Positions 7,700 to 17,311 of a stretch of 64,000 bases of DNA are shown in pieces. The position numbers and the translations under genes were made by a program. Source of the DNA: an uncultured Candidatus Saccharibacteria bacterium. Lineage in GTDB: Bacteria > Patescibacteriota > Minisyncoccia > Phycocordibacterales > Phycocordibacteraceae. Position 1 is the stretch's first letter; each line of letters begins with the position of its first letter. Where the stretch lies: positions 279-64,278 of the forward strand of contig CAZJPR010000003.1 in the NCBI GenBank assembly GCA_964548265.1. Direction: 5' to 3'. The notes under the pieces were generated by a model that was not told the origin of the DNA, searched no databases, and saw nothing but the letters and a program-made list of their open reading frames with translations.

Positions 7700-8848
7700 A
7701 TGGAGCCCCTCGCCAACCGCATACGGCCGACCTCTCTCGACCAATTTGTCGGCCAGGAACATCTAGTGGGCAAGGACAAGCCGCTTCGAGTCGCTATTGA
7801 GAAGAAGCACCGCTTCTCCTTCATTCTCTGGGGGCCTCCTGGAACTGGAAAGACAACGATTGCCCGCATCTATGCAAAAGCACTTGATGCCGAGCTCTTT
7901 GAACTCTCCGCAGTCTCGGCAGGGAAAGACGATATACGTAAGATTGTTGGAGAAACGTCCCGCGCAGGAAAACTTGCACTTGAGAGACCTAAGGTATTGT
8001 TTCTCGACGAAATCCATCGCTTCAATAAAAGCCAGCAGGATTTCCTCTTGCCCTATGTTGAGAGTGGAGAACTCACCCTCATTGGTGCCACCACCGAGAA
8101 TCCTTCCTTCGAAGTGATTCCTGCGCTCCTTTCTCGCTCCCGAGTGTTTGTACTTGAGCCGCTCTCCGAAGAAGCGCTCAAGGCAATCGTGAAGCGCTCG
8201 AAGGTGAAGGTTCCCAAGGATGCCTTCGACTGGTTACTGGGTTATGCCAACGGGGATGCCCGTAAGGCACTCACCATGCTTGAAGGAGCAGAGACATTGT
8301 ATGGAGAAGTGTCTGTTGAGAACCTCAACAAAGCACTTGAGTCTCCGCACCTTCGCTACGACAAGAAGGGAGATGAGCACTACGACACTATCAGCGCTTT
8401 CATAAAGAGCATGCGAGCAAGCCAACCTGACGCCGCCATGTACTACCTCGCACGTATGGTTGAAGCGGGAGAGGACCCACTCTTCATCGCGCGAAGAATG
8501 GTTATCTTCGCTTCAGAAGATGTGGGACTCGCGCAGCCGACCGCACTTGTAGTTGCGAACTCTGTCTTCCGCGCCTGTGAGGTCATTGGGTATCCGGAGT
8601 GTGCCATCAATCTCGCACACGGAGTGGCGTATCTCGCGAACGCTGCAAAAGACCGCTCAGCCTACGATGCACTTAGGCTCGCTCAAGAAGACACAAAGAA
8701 GTTCGGCAACCTCCCGGTTCCCAAACATATCAAGAACGCCCACACAAAACTGATGAAAGAACTTGGGTACGGCAAGGGATACAGGAAGTACGACACGGAA
8801 AGCTACCTGCCTGAGAAACTGAAGGGGAAGAAATACTTCAATACCTAG
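7700..8848 (+). CDS. rarA: Replication-associated recombination protein A (AAA+ ATPase)
   Basis: [57 protein letters not shown]; true start ATG 7700. Confidence 0.95.
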   Translation: MEPLANRIRPTSLDQFVGQEHLVGKDKPLRVAIEKKHRFSFILWGPPGTGKTTIARIYAKALDAELFELSAVSAGKDDIRKIVGETSRAGKLALERPKVLFLDEIHRFNKSQQDFLLPYVESGELTLIGATTENPSFEVIPALLSRSRVFVLEPLSEEALKAIVKRSKVKVPKDAFDWLLGYANGDARKALTMLEGAETLYGEVSVENLNKALESPHLRYDKKGDEHYDTISAFIKSMRASQPDAAMYYLARMVEAGEDPLFIARRMVIFASEDVGLAQPTALVVANSVFRACEVIGYPECAINLAHGVAYLANAAKDRSAYDALRLAQEDTKKFGNLPVPKHIKNAHTKLMKELGYGKGYRKYDTESYLPEKLKGKKYFNT

Positions 8849-8953
8849 AAAGATCTCGCACGAGCGGGACTTTTGGTAGTTTTACTTTACTTGACGAATT
8901 CTATAGATAAACCATGATGCGTCTGTACTACTTATCTCATCACGTACCATCTC

Positions 8954-9676
8954 ATGCCCGAAGGAACATTTGACGCAGGCCTCCCACCACAACAAGGATC
9001 AGTAGATCCGTTTTTAGGGGGCACCGTCCCCGAACACGAGCGATCAATCGTAAACGTTGAGGGCCCAGTGCAGACAGAGGTTGCCGCCCACGTGGAACAA
9101 GTGGTAGGCGCGGCCCGTAACGGTATCGCACTTGATCTTGCATCAGTTGATTTCTCAACGGCCTTTAGGGCTCCGGACGCAAGCCACGTCGAGAACGAGC
9201 CTACGGTCAGTGCCCGCCTTGAGGTCCGCGGACTCCCCGAGCGCTTTTCCCAAGCGTTCATTATCGCAAGCACAGTAGATGGTGAGCAGGCACGCATTAT
9301 CTCTCAGAGCTGCGCCGTTCTTAACGAACGCCTTACGCTTTGTGGCGAACCTGTCTTCCGTGTTGGTGCTGACAATAACGGTGAAGTGAGCGGCGCGGTG
9401 TATACCCTCGCACAACTCCTTGAAGCGAACGCGGTAGTGGGCATAAACTGGAACACCCAGGGTGAGCCTGCGGGCTTTGTAGAACTTGGCCGCACCTTCC
9501 AGATTGCAGGCACGGATGTCTCTGTTGAAATGGCTGCTGGCTCCTTTGACTCTGATGAGTACGGACGCTTGTCACTTAAGTGGGCGAGAGACAATGGTAT
9601 TGATGTCAGCATGCAGGTCTTCATCCCTGAGAACGGAGAGGCACAGCCCTCTATCACTGTTTCCCGACGCTTCTAG
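8954..9676 (+). CDS. Hypothetical protein, beta-strand-rich, C-terminal Phe
   Basis: 240-aa standalone ORF between hairpins; alternating amphipathic strands; ends SITVSRRF. Confidence 0.6.
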   Translation: MPEGTFDAGLPPQQGSVDPFLGGTVPEHERSIVNVEGPVQTEVAAHVEQVVGAARNGIALDLASVDFSTAFRAPDASHVENEPTVSARLEVRGLPERFSQAFIIASTVDGEQARIISQSCAVLNERLTLCGEPVFRVGADNNGEVSGAVYTLAQLLEANAVVGINWNTQGEPAGFVELGRTFQIAGTDVSVEMAAGSFDSDEYGRLSLKWARDNGIDVSMQVFIPENGEAQPSITVSRRF

Positions 9677-9691
9677 GGTGTAGCGGGTGCG

Positions 9692-9720
9692 AAAAAAGCC
9701 CCGGGAGACCGGGGCTTTTT
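9692..9720. terminator. Bidirectional terminator
   Basis: AAAAAAGCCCCGG-gaga-CCGGGGCTTTTT between convergent genes. Confidence 0.85.
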
Positions 9721-9734
9721 CTGTAAGAAGACTC

Positions 9735-10007
9735 TTACTTAACTGCGTCCTTAAGCGCCTTTGCGGGGCGGAACTTAGGGGTGCGAGTAGCTGCAATGCG
9801 GATGGTCTCGCCAGTGCGAGGGTTCCTTCCAGTGCGTGCTGGGCGTGCCTTCGCCACGAAGATGCCGAGTCCTGCAATAGATACCTCGTCCCCGCTCTTT
9901 ACGCCCTTAATGATGCAGTCGATGAGGGTCTCAACGGCGCGCTCCGCGTCAGCCTTGGTGCCGCCGAGAGTGTCCTGAACTTTTGAAACGATGTCTGCCT
10001 TGTTCAT
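9735..10007 (-). CDS. hup: DNA-binding protein HU
   Basis: MNKADIV..., GLGIF, RPARTGRNPRTGETI.I.A...PKFRPAKALKDAVK. Confidence 0.95.
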   Translation of the reverse strand: MNKADIVSKVQDTLGGTKADAERAVETLIDCIIKGVKSGDEVSIAGLGIFVAKARPARTGRNPRTGETIRIAATRTPKFRPAKALKDAVK

Positions 10008-10109
10008 GATGCTCTTGGTTATTCCTAATCCCGCGGCCACCGATTAGGCAGGGGGTATGTAGAAAGTATAAGAAATACGCCACGGTACGCAATAGGGCTA
10101 TCTAACAAC

Positions 10110-10136
10110 AAAAAATCCCTCACTAGAGGGATTTTT
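10110..10136 (-). terminator. Terminator after rny
   Basis: AAAAATCCCTC-acta-GAGGGATTTTT. Confidence 0.8.
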
Positions 10137-10156
10137 ATAATCTGTGTCAAGAGTGC

Positions 10157-11686
10157 TTAGCGCGCAAACTCAACGACGCGGTTCTCGCGAATGATGTTTA
10201 CCTTGATTTCGCCCGGGTACTTGAGCTCACTCTGCACGCGCTCTGCAATATCACGCGCAAGGCGGTGCATGGCGAGGTCAGAGACCTTTCCGGGGTTCAC
10301 AAAGATGCGGATTTCACGCCCAGCCTGCACTGCATAGCTCTTCTCAACACCAGGGAAGGTGCTGGCGATGCGCTCGAGGTCGGTAAGACGCTCAAGATAG
10401 CGCTCTACCGTGTCGCGACGAGCTCCTGGGCGACCGCCTGAGACTGCGTCAGCTACCTGCACGATGATGGACTCTGGTGTCTCGTACGGATACTCTTCGT
10501 GATGCGACTGCATTGCCTGAATGACCTTCTTATCGACACCGAACTTCTCAAGCAAGCGGCGACCAATTTCCACATGCGTGCCCTGCACTTCGTGGTCCAC
10601 TGCCTTCCCGATGTCATGCAGAAGCGCGCCTGCGCGTGCCACATCAGCATCTGCGCCAAGCTCCGTCGCAAGCATGCCAGCCAAGTGCGCCATCTCAATT
10701 GAGTGCTGGAGTACATTCTGACCGTAGCTTGTGCGGAAGTTAAGACGCCCAAGAAGGGTAGTGAGTCGGGGGTCGAGACCAAGCACACCGACCTCGTACG
10801 CCGCCTGTTCGCCCTTCTGCTTCACAATCTCCGCCACTTCTTGCTTAGCCTTCTCTACCATTTCCTCAATCTTTGCAGGCTGTATGCGACCGTCTTCGAT
10901 AAGGCGCTCAAGTGCAATCTTTGCGATATGGCGGCGAAGTGGGTCAAAGGAGGAAAGCGTAATCTTGTCCGGTGCATCGTCGATAATGACGTCCACCCCC
11001 GTAGCGCGCTCAAACGCCTTGATGTTGCGGCCTTCCTTGCCGATGACCTTTCCTTTTATCTCCTCGGAGGCAATCGGTACCGAAAGCGTCATGACTTCAG
11101 CATTCACCGCGTTCCCCATACGGTGGATGGCGGTGAGAAGCATCGTACGTGCCTTCTCCTCAAGCTGCTCGCGCCCATGTGCCTCAAGCTTCTGCAGGCG
11201 GGAGAGGAAGGATTCCTGACTCGTCTCCTCAAGATCTTTCATGAGCATCTCGCGTGCCTGCTTCTCCGAGAGGTGAGAGAGCTGGAGCAACTCTGAGCGA
11301 CGCTCCTTAAGAAGCGCATCTGCTTCGCGCTTGGTATTTACTGCTTCGTTCTCGCGCGCTCGTACCTTGTCCTCGTCATCAGAGAGTCCGCGTTCTCGTT
11401 CGTCGAGGAATTCCTCGCGCTTTCCAAGACGCTCTTCCTTCTCTGCGAGCTTCTCGTCGCGCTCTTCAAGTGGGGCAAGGCGCTCCTCTTCGACTTCACG
11501 TGCTCGGTCCTCCGCCTCTTCAAGCACGCGTGCAGCGCGCTCACGCGCCTCGATCATCTTCTGCTTAATCTCCAACTCCAAAGACCCCCGCTGGGAGAGG
11601 GTGATGAGCCACCGAAGGACATAGCCAAGCGCAATGCCGGCAAGCCCTGAGAGGGCGAGAAGACCAAGAACAAGTTTGATGGACAT
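10157..11686 (-). CDS. rny: Ribonuclease Y
   Basis: N-terminal TM, coiled coil, KH (KGKVIGKEGRNIKAFE), HD (RTSYGQNVLQHS, LLHDIGKA, GGRPGARR), YAVQAGREIR. Confidence 0.97.
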   Translation of the reverse strand: MSIKLVLGLLALSGLAGIALGYVLRWLITLSQRGSLELEIKQKMIEARERAARVLEEAEDRAREVEEERLAPLEERDEKLAEKEERLGKREEFLDERERGLSDDEDKVRARENEAVNTKREADALLKERRSELLQLSHLSEKQAREMLMKDLEETSQESFLSRLQKLEAHGREQLEEKARTMLLTAIHRMGNAVNAEVMTLSVPIASEEIKGKVIGKEGRNIKAFERATGVDVIIDDAPDKITLSSFDPLRRHIAKIALERLIEDGRIQPAKIEEMVEKAKQEVAEIVKQKGEQAAYEVGVLGLDPRLTTLLGRLNFRTSYGQNVLQHSIEMAHLAGMLATELGADADVARAGALLHDIGKAVDHEVQGTHVEIGRRLLEKFGVDKKVIQAMQSHHEEYPYETPESIIVQVADAVSGGRPGARRDTVERYLERLTDLERIASTFPGVEKSYAVQAGREIRIFVNPGKVSDLAMHRLARDIAERVQSELKYPGEIKVNIIRENRVVEFAR

Positions 11687-11856
11687 AGGCGGGAGTTAGC
11701 CGCCTTCCGGTACCCTACCAACTACACAGAACTGCGCACGTTTCAGAGGTTTGAGTCATGTTCGGGATCGGAAGGCAGAGGATCAGCGTGGATAAGCGTT
11801 CAGTCGTTACTGGGTTCGTTATTGTGCCACAAATCAGCCCCAGGGGACAGGTTGGC

Positions 11857-12195
11857 CTAATCGACGTCGTCAGAGGTAAGAGAAGTGCGGGTGCCTATCT
11901 TCTCGGCCAGGCGTGGGTCAACGGACGCCTTGAAAATCTTCATGGCGTCCCGGTCATTGTAGAAAACGCCGCCAATGACAAAACCGAGCTGACTCTCAAA
12001 GACTGCACGCTTGAACGCGTCTCCACTGATATCGAGTTCTGACGCCATTGCCCGGTATGCCGCGTCGTGATACGGACCGATGTAGTGCTTCCCTTCGTGT
12101 AGTATTGCTGGCGTGTAATTCTTCTTGGTCGGCTCACGAGGTCCGAGAGGCAAGGGAGGAGTGCTCTCTGGGCTCGATCGTTCTCCCTCGGACAT
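11857..12195 (-). CDS. Hypothetical protein
   Basis: 112-aa ORF starting 4 nt after the clpP stop; no recognisable family. Confidence 0.55.
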   Translation of the reverse strand: MSEGERSSPESTPPLPLGPREPTKKNYTPAILHEGKHYIGPYHDAAYRAMASELDISGDAFKRAVFESQLGFVIGGVFYNDRDAMKIFKASVDPRLAEKIGTRTSLTSDDVD

Positions 12196-12199
12196 ATGA

Positions 12200-12802
12200 T
12201 TACTTGCTCTTGAACACCGTATCCACGAGCCCGTATTTCTTGGCTTCGTCTGCGGTCATGAAGTAGTCGCGTTCAACATCGCGCTCAATCTTTGCGAGTT
12301 CCTGTCCGGTCGACTTCGCAAGAATCTTGTTGAGACGGTCGCGAGTAGCGAGGATGTGCTTGGCCGTAATCTCAATGTCGGTGGCCTGACCCTGCGCGCC
12401 TCCCCATGGCTGGTGAATCATCACTTCAGAGTTTGGAAGCGCGTAGCGCTTGCCCTTCTCACCAGCAGCGAGGATGACGGCGGCGGCACTTGCTGCCATG
12501 CCCACACACACGGTGGAGACTGCTGGCTTCACATGGTTCATCGTGTCGAGAATAGCGAGACCTGCCGTTACCGAGCCACCTGGGGAGTTGATGTAGAAAG
12601 AGATGTCCTTCTTCGGGTCCTCAGACTCAAGGAAGAGCAACTGTGCGATGACGAGGTTTGCGGTGTCGTCATCAATACCACCACCGAGGAAGATGATGCG
12701 GTCCTTGAGAAGACGTGAATAGATATCGTACGCACGTTCACCAAACGATGACTTCTCGACGACCATCGGGATAAGCATTGAAGAGCGAGGTTTCATGTCC
12801 AT
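12200..12802 (-). CDS. clpP: ATP-dependent Clp protease proteolytic subunit
   Basis: [50 protein letters not shown]. Confidence 0.97.
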   Translation of the reverse strand: MDMKPRSSMLIPMVVEKSSFGERAYDIYSRLLKDRIIFLGGGIDDDTANLVIAQLLFLESEDPKKDISFYINSPGGSVTAGLAILDTMNHVKPAVSTVCVGMAASAAAVILAAGEKGKRYALPNSEVMIHQPWGGAQGQATDIEITAKHILATRDRLNKILAKSTGQELAKIERDVERDYFMTADEAKKYGLVDTVFKSK

Positions 12803-12823
12803 AGTCTGATGATAGTACCAAAG

Positions 12824-12854
12824 AAAAAGCCCCGGGCAAAACCCGGGGCTTTTT
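12824..12854 (-). terminator. Terminator
   Basis: AAAAAGCCCCGGG-caaaa-CCCGGGGCTTTTT. Confidence 0.8.
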
Positions 12855-12865
12855 GCACGAACGTG

Positions 12866-13156
12866 TTACTCCTCAAATGAAGCGTCGAGCTCGGTAAACG
12901 CCTTATCAAGCTCTGCATCAAACTCTTCAGAGGACTGCGCCTCGAGGTCTGCCTCAATTGCCGCAGGGTCCGTGGACTCGTCCTGAGTCTCAAGCGACTC
13001 AACAACCGCTTGCTCATTAAGTGGTGCATTCATGCGGTTCTGCCACGTGTAGAAAGCCCCAGCGACGATAAGCGCAACAATAAGCACGAGCACAACGATG
13101 GCTCCTGTAGAGGAAGCAGGGCGGATGGTCTGTTCGGTGGTCTGTGTTGGTTCCAT
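12866..13156 (-). CDS. Small single-TM protein with acidic C-terminus
   Basis: SSTGAIVVLVLIVALIVAGAFYTW TM segment followed by an acidic tail. Confidence 0.7.
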   Translation of the reverse strand: MEPTQTTEQTIRPASSTGAIVVLVLIVALIVAGAFYTWQNRMNAPLNEQAVVESLETQDESTDPAAIEADLEAQSSEEFDAELDKAFTELDASFEE

Positions 13157-13166
13157 GGTAGTTCTA

Positions 13167-13916
13167 TTATTCGCTTACTGCTTCTTCCTCTACGTCCCGG
13201 TTCGGGAGAGCCTGCGCGGCTTCTCGCAGCGCCTCGTGTGCTGCACGGAGCGCTTCCTTGGCAGCGTTACCTAGCTCCTTCGCTTCCCGCAGAGCTTCGC
13301 GAGGAGTCTCAGACGCAAGTGCCGCTTCAATGGCAGCCTTCACTGCATCCACTGCGTCAGCGGCGTTTTCGATAGCTGCTTCAGCTTCATCAAGTTCCGC
13401 CTGCGCCGCGCTCGCGTCGATACCTTCACCCTCGAGGAAGTCGATTCTTCCCTGGATGCGATCAGCAATGCCTGCAAGACGAGTGAGCATGGCATCAAGC
13501 AGGCGGGCGGCGTATCCTGCGCGCTCAATAACACGCTCCTTTATATGCTCAGCTATCTCAGTCTTCCGGAGCGCAGTCGAGGATGCAAACTCTGTGCGGC
13601 GTTCCATGATGCGGTCCTTGAGTGCTTCACGCCTCGCTTCAGTAGTTGATGCAAACTCGGCGCGTCGCTCTTTACCCGCCTCCTTCCAATCATCGACTGC
13701 CTCCTTCCGTCCCTCGCGCGCTTCAAGAAGATGCTCCTTTGCTTCTTCTCCTGCTGCCTTCCAGCGTTCGGTGTTCTCTGGACGCATGTCCTTCCCGTCA
13801 GGGAAGAAGAGGGTAGGCAAAGGACGCTCAGGACGAGGTGGCGGTGCGTTCTCCTCGGCCGAAACCGGAAGAGCGAAGGTCATGAGAAGCGCAATAAGAA
13901 CGGCGAGCTGTTTCAT
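13167..13916 (-). CDS. Secreted alpha-helical coiled-coil protein
   Basis: Signal peptide (VSA-E), A/E/R-rich heptads, repeated RR.EFAS.T motif. Confidence 0.75.
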   Translation of the reverse strand: MKQLAVLIALLMTFALPVSAEENAPPPRPERPLPTLFFPDGKDMRPENTERWKAAGEEAKEHLLEAREGRKEAVDDWKEAGKERRAEFASTTEARREALKDRIMERRTEFASSTALRKTEIAEHIKERVIERAGYAARLLDAMLTRLAGIADRIQGRIDFLEGEGIDASAAQAELDEAEAAIENAADAVDAVKAAIEAALASETPREALREAKELGNAAKEALRAAHEALREAAQALPNRDVEEEAVSE

Positions 13917-13976
13917 GCAGCGTATGCGTAAACTGGTATACCGAAAGTATACCCCACCCTCCTTGTCTTCCGTGTA

Positions 13977-14165
13977 CTACTCAGGGAGTTCGGTAGGAGG
14001 GAGTTCGCGGTCCTCAGCAACGCGCTGGCCCCAGGTGTAGAAAGCCCCAATGACGATAATGACCACAATAATAAGGAGTGTGATGAGGGTGCCCATCGAC
14101 GACTTTTCTTTAGACGTAGCTGGTGTGGCTACAGGGTTCGAGAGTTCGGTCGTCGGAGTATCCAT
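13977..14165 (-). CDS. Small single-TM protein (paralog of 12866-13156)
   Basis: Start MDTPTT at 14165; SSMGTLITLLIIVVIIVIGAFYTW. Confidence 0.65.
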   Translation of the reverse strand: MDTPTTELSNPVATPATSKEKSSMGTLITLLIIVVIIVIGAFYTWGQRVAEDRELPPTELPE

Positions 14166-14214
14166 AGGGTATGAAACGATTATATAACCCCAGACGTTGA
14201 AGGAACAATGAAGA

Positions 14215-14715
14215 TTACCGGTTTTCAGGCAAGATAAAGCGTTCATTGCACTTTACAGGCACAAACCGGACCCCGAGATTTCCGGCAAACTCTCGATCAG
14301 AGTCCCGGTCTCCAAACATAAGCGATGAGGAGAGATCGATGTCAGCGGTAAGAAAAGGCGCGAGACCTCCAATTTTTGGCTTACGACACTCACATCCATC
14401 GTCGGGTCCATGCGGGCACGCCATCACAAAGGCAAAGCGTACGCCTTCCTTTTCTAGTTCTCCGATCATGCGTTCCATCACCGCATCAAAGATTCCTTGC
14501 GGGTGCCGCGACGTCCCAAGATACGTTTGGTTAGTGACGAGCACCAACTCATACCCTTCACCTGTAAGTGTCTTTAGTCCTTCAATTGCTCCTTCCATGA
14601 AACGAACCTCGTCCGCGCTTTTGAGCGGAAAAGTTTCGCGCGGGTCAATGCCTTCCGGACGCTCTGGTTCCAAAATGAGGGTTCCGTCTCTATCGACAAA
14701 GGCGACTTTACGCAT
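14215..14715 (-). CDS. HAD-IIIA phosphatase (HisB-N/GmhB-like)
   Basis: VAFVDRDGTLI, VTNQ, CPH...CECRKP, MFGDRDSD; start ATG 14715. Confidence 0.88.
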   Translation of the reverse strand: MRKVAFVDRDGTLILEPERPEGIDPRETFPLKSADEVRFMEGAIEGLKTLTGEGYELVLVTNQTYLGTSRHPQGIFDAVMERMIGELEKEGVRFAFVMACPHGPDDGCECRKPKIGGLAPFLTADIDLSSSLMFGDRDSDREFAGNLGVRFVPVKCNERFILPENR

Positions 14716-15283
14716 TCTTAAAGTTTCCTGAGAGGAACCTAAGCAACACAAGTGCACTACGCTCTTCCTTAATAGAGCCATCAAGACACATACGTTTCAC
14801 TAGCTCCCGGTCCATAAACTCAACACTTATGTCTTCTGCTTCTTCAACGGTGCGCTCAGCGTCCACACTCGCGCGCTCAAGCGACGCTGCCTCTCGGGCT
14901 ACAAAATAGAAGAGGTCCCATTCCACGGTAGTGCCGCAGACTGATTTGTAGAGGAACGAAGCGTCCTTCACCTCAACATACGCTTCTTCGCGTGCTTCCT
15001 TTATCGCCGCTTTCTTAGCGGCCTCCACCATGTCGGATCCACTGGTGAGTGCATCCGTGTACTCAGTGAGCGTATCAAACACCTTTCCTCCTGGAAGGCG
15101 ATAGTCATAGCCGCCCTGCTCGTGGCGTTCTTCCTTCGTGATGAGGATAGAATCTCCACGGGCAACAATAAGACGTACACCCGGAGAGCGCCGCGCTTTC
15201 TCGAACACCAATTGCTTTCCTGCCTGCGTAACGTCGAACTCCACTACCTCAACAATCTTTCCTTTGTACTTGCTCGTCTCCAT
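14708..15283 (-). CDS. NUDIX hydrolase
   Basis: RLPGGK...AAIKEAREEA Nudix box (with insertion), EEAEDI. Confidence 0.8.
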   Translation of the reverse strand: METSKYKGKIVEVVEFDVTQAGKQLVFEKARRSPGVRLIVARGDSILITKEERHEQGGYDYRLPGGKVFDTLTEYTDALTSGSDMVEAAKKAAIKEAREEAYVEVKDASFLYKSVCGTTVEWDLFYFVAREAASLERASVDAERTVEEAEDISVEFMDRELVKRMCLDGSIKEERSALVLLRFLSGNFKNA

Positions 15284-15825
15284 TACTTAATCTCTGCTTT
15301 CTTCTCCTCGTAGAGTTTGCAGGCCTTCTCGAACGCAGCCTGTGCCTCAGCCTTCCCCTTAAAGCCGTTGATGACTACCTGGTGCTGCCCCTTCTCTCCC
15401 TTGAGTTCCTTGTACGTCTCGAAGAAGTGCTGAATCTCCTTAAGTGTGTGCTTGTTGATATCTTTGAGGTCCTGCACATCATCCCAACGCTTATCGTGGA
15501 CGGGCACGCCGATGACTTTGTAATCGTTCTCACCGCAATCCATCATCTCCATGAGTGCAACCGGGCGAACGTTCACGAGAATGCCTGAGGGGACTGGGAA
15601 GGTAGCGAGCACCACGACATCAAGAGCGTCTCCATCGTCCCAGTAGGTCTGGGGGACAAAGCCGTATTCACATGGGTAAGCGGCCGCAGAGTAGTTAGCG
15701 CGGTCGAGCTTAATCATGCCGGTTGCCTTATCAATCTCGTACTTGTTTGGGGAACCCTTTGGGACCTCGATGATAACGTTAATCTCATCCTTGGTGCCTG
15801 CGGGAATGTCGTGCCAGAGGTTCAT
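15283..15825 (-). CDS. ppa: Inorganic pyrophosphatase (family I)
   Basis: IEVPKGS.NKYE, YGFVPQT, DGDALDV, HFFETYKEL. Confidence 0.95.
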   Translation of the reverse strand: MNLWHDIPAGTKDEINVIIEVPKGSPNKYEIDKATGMIKLDRANYSAAAYPCEYGFVPQTYWDDGDALDVVVLATFPVPSGILVNVRPVALMEMMDCGENDYKVIGVPVHDKRWDDVQDLKDINKHTLKEIQHFFETYKELKGEKGQHQVVINGFKGKAEAQAAFEKACKLYEEKKAEIK

Positions 15826-15855
15826 TGGGCGAACTATACTACAACGCCCGCTAAC

Positions 15856-15884
15856 AAAAAAGCGCCCCGGTCGGGGCGCTTTTT
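15856..15884 (-). terminator. Terminator after nusA
   Basis: AAAAAAGCGCCCCG-gt-CGGGGCGCTTTTT. Confidence 0.8.
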
Positions 15885-15899
15885 CTCAACTGCGTTTCC

Positions 15900-17252
15900 T
15901 TACGCCTCGTCGCGAGATTCTTTCGTGTCGACAACCGACTCGTTCTCGCCGTTAACCGCAAGCTCTTCCTCGGCAGGGAGAACCGTGTCTGCTTCTTTCC
16001 CCTCAACGACAATTTCTGCCGGAGCTTCGGTTGGTGCAAGTCCAGCCTCAACTGCAGGCTCTTCAGTCTTCTCAGAGATTGAGACACCTTCGCCGTCGCT
16101 CTCTGCAACGTTCTCGCCGCCGACCGACTTGATGTCGATGTTCCAACCCGTGAGCTTTGCTGCGAGACGTACGTTTTGTCCGCCGCGACCAATAGCAAGA
16201 GACTGCTGATCCTCAGAGACCGTCACTGTTGCACGGTGATCGTCCTCAGAGAGCTCAACATCAAGCACAGAAGCGGGGGAAAGTGCTTCCTTGATGAAGG
16301 ACTTCTGGTCGTCGCTCCACTCAATGATGTCGATACGCTCGCCACCGAGCTCGCTCATAACAGTCGAGACACGCACACCACGCTGACCAACGAGAGAACC
16401 AACTGGGTCCACATGTGGATCAGTCGAAGCAATGGAAATCTTCGTGCGACTTCCAGGCTCACGTGCAATTGCCTTCACTTCAATCGCGCCACTTGCGAGC
16501 TCCGGTGCCTCAAGCTCAAAGAGCTTCACCAAGAACTTCGGGTGCGAGCGGGAAAGGCGGAGGTAGACGCCACGGAATCCTTCATCCACTGCGTGGAGGT
16601 ACGCACGGATGCGCTCTCCTGGGCGATAGCGCTCGCCAGGAATCTGCTCCTCGTACGGGATGAGTCCCGTTGCGCGACCGAGGTCGACGTAGAGTGCGCC
16701 GCGCTCGACCCTCTGCACGATACCGGAAACAATCTCGCCCTTCTTGTGACCAAACTCGTCGAGGATAGAGAGCTTCTCTGCCTCGCGAATCTTCTGAATC
16801 ACCACCTGCTTAGCCGTCTGGGCTGCAATGCGACCGAAGTCGTCCTGCGGCTCAAGAGGGAAGATGAGCTCTTCAGCAAGCTCAACACCCTTCTTCACGA
16901 GACGCGCAGTATCAAGGAGAATATGCTTCTCCTCGTCGTAGCGAGGGAGCTCGCCCTCGGCAAGTCCTTCGTTCTCGCTCTGCCAACCACCACGGTGCGG
17001 CTGCTCGACTTCCTCTTCGCCTTCCTCCGGGAAGCGGACCAAAGTGTCGTCGACAACCGTCTTTACCTGTTCAAAAGAAACTGTGCCCGTATTCATATCA
17101 AGCTTTGCACGGACAACCTGTCCGCGCTTGCCGTATTCCTTCTTGTACGCAGTTGCCATCGCGGCCTCGATAGCCTCGATCATGGTCTCCTTCGCTATGC
17201 CCCTATTCTCGAATTCAGTGAGAACGGTTTGTATTGTTTTTAGATCCAACAT
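15900..17252 (-). CDS. nusA: Transcription termination/antitermination factor NusA
   Basis: FGRIAAQTAKQV, LSRSHP, AREPGSRTKI, G.RG.RV, SLAIGRGGQNVRLAAKLTGW; start ATG 17252. Confidence 0.97.
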   Translation of the reverse strand: MLDLKTIQTVLTEFENRGIAKETMIEAIEAAMATAYKKEYGKRGQVVRAKLDMNTGTVSFEQVKTVVDDTLVRFPEEGEEEVEQPHRGGWQSENEGLAEGELPRYDEEKHILLDTARLVKKGVELAEELIFPLEPQDDFGRIAAQTAKQVVIQKIREAEKLSILDEFGHKKGEIVSGIVQRVERGALYVDLGRATGLIPYEEQIPGERYRPGERIRAYLHAVDEGFRGVYLRLSRSHPKFLVKLFELEAPELASGAIEVKAIAREPGSRTKISIASTDPHVDPVGSLVGQRGVRVSTVMSELGGERIDIIEWSDDQKSFIKEALSPASVLDVELSEDDHRATVTVSEDQQSLAIGRGGQNVRLAAKLTGWNIDIKSVGGENVAESDGEGVSISEKTEEPAVEAGLAPTEAPAEIVVEGKEADTVLPAEEELAVNGENESVVDTKESRDEA

Positions 17253-17283
17253 ACCTTCTATATTTAGTTGTCGCCCTTTCTCT

Positions 17284-17311
17284 AAAAAGAAATGCCCGCA
17301 CAGCGGACATT
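17284..17311 (-). promoter_or_regulatory. Terminator-like attenuator hairpin in nusA leader
   Basis: Minus strand AATGTCCGC-tgt-GCGGGCATT-TCTTTTT between a TG-containing -10 region and the nusA start. Confidence 0.6.
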
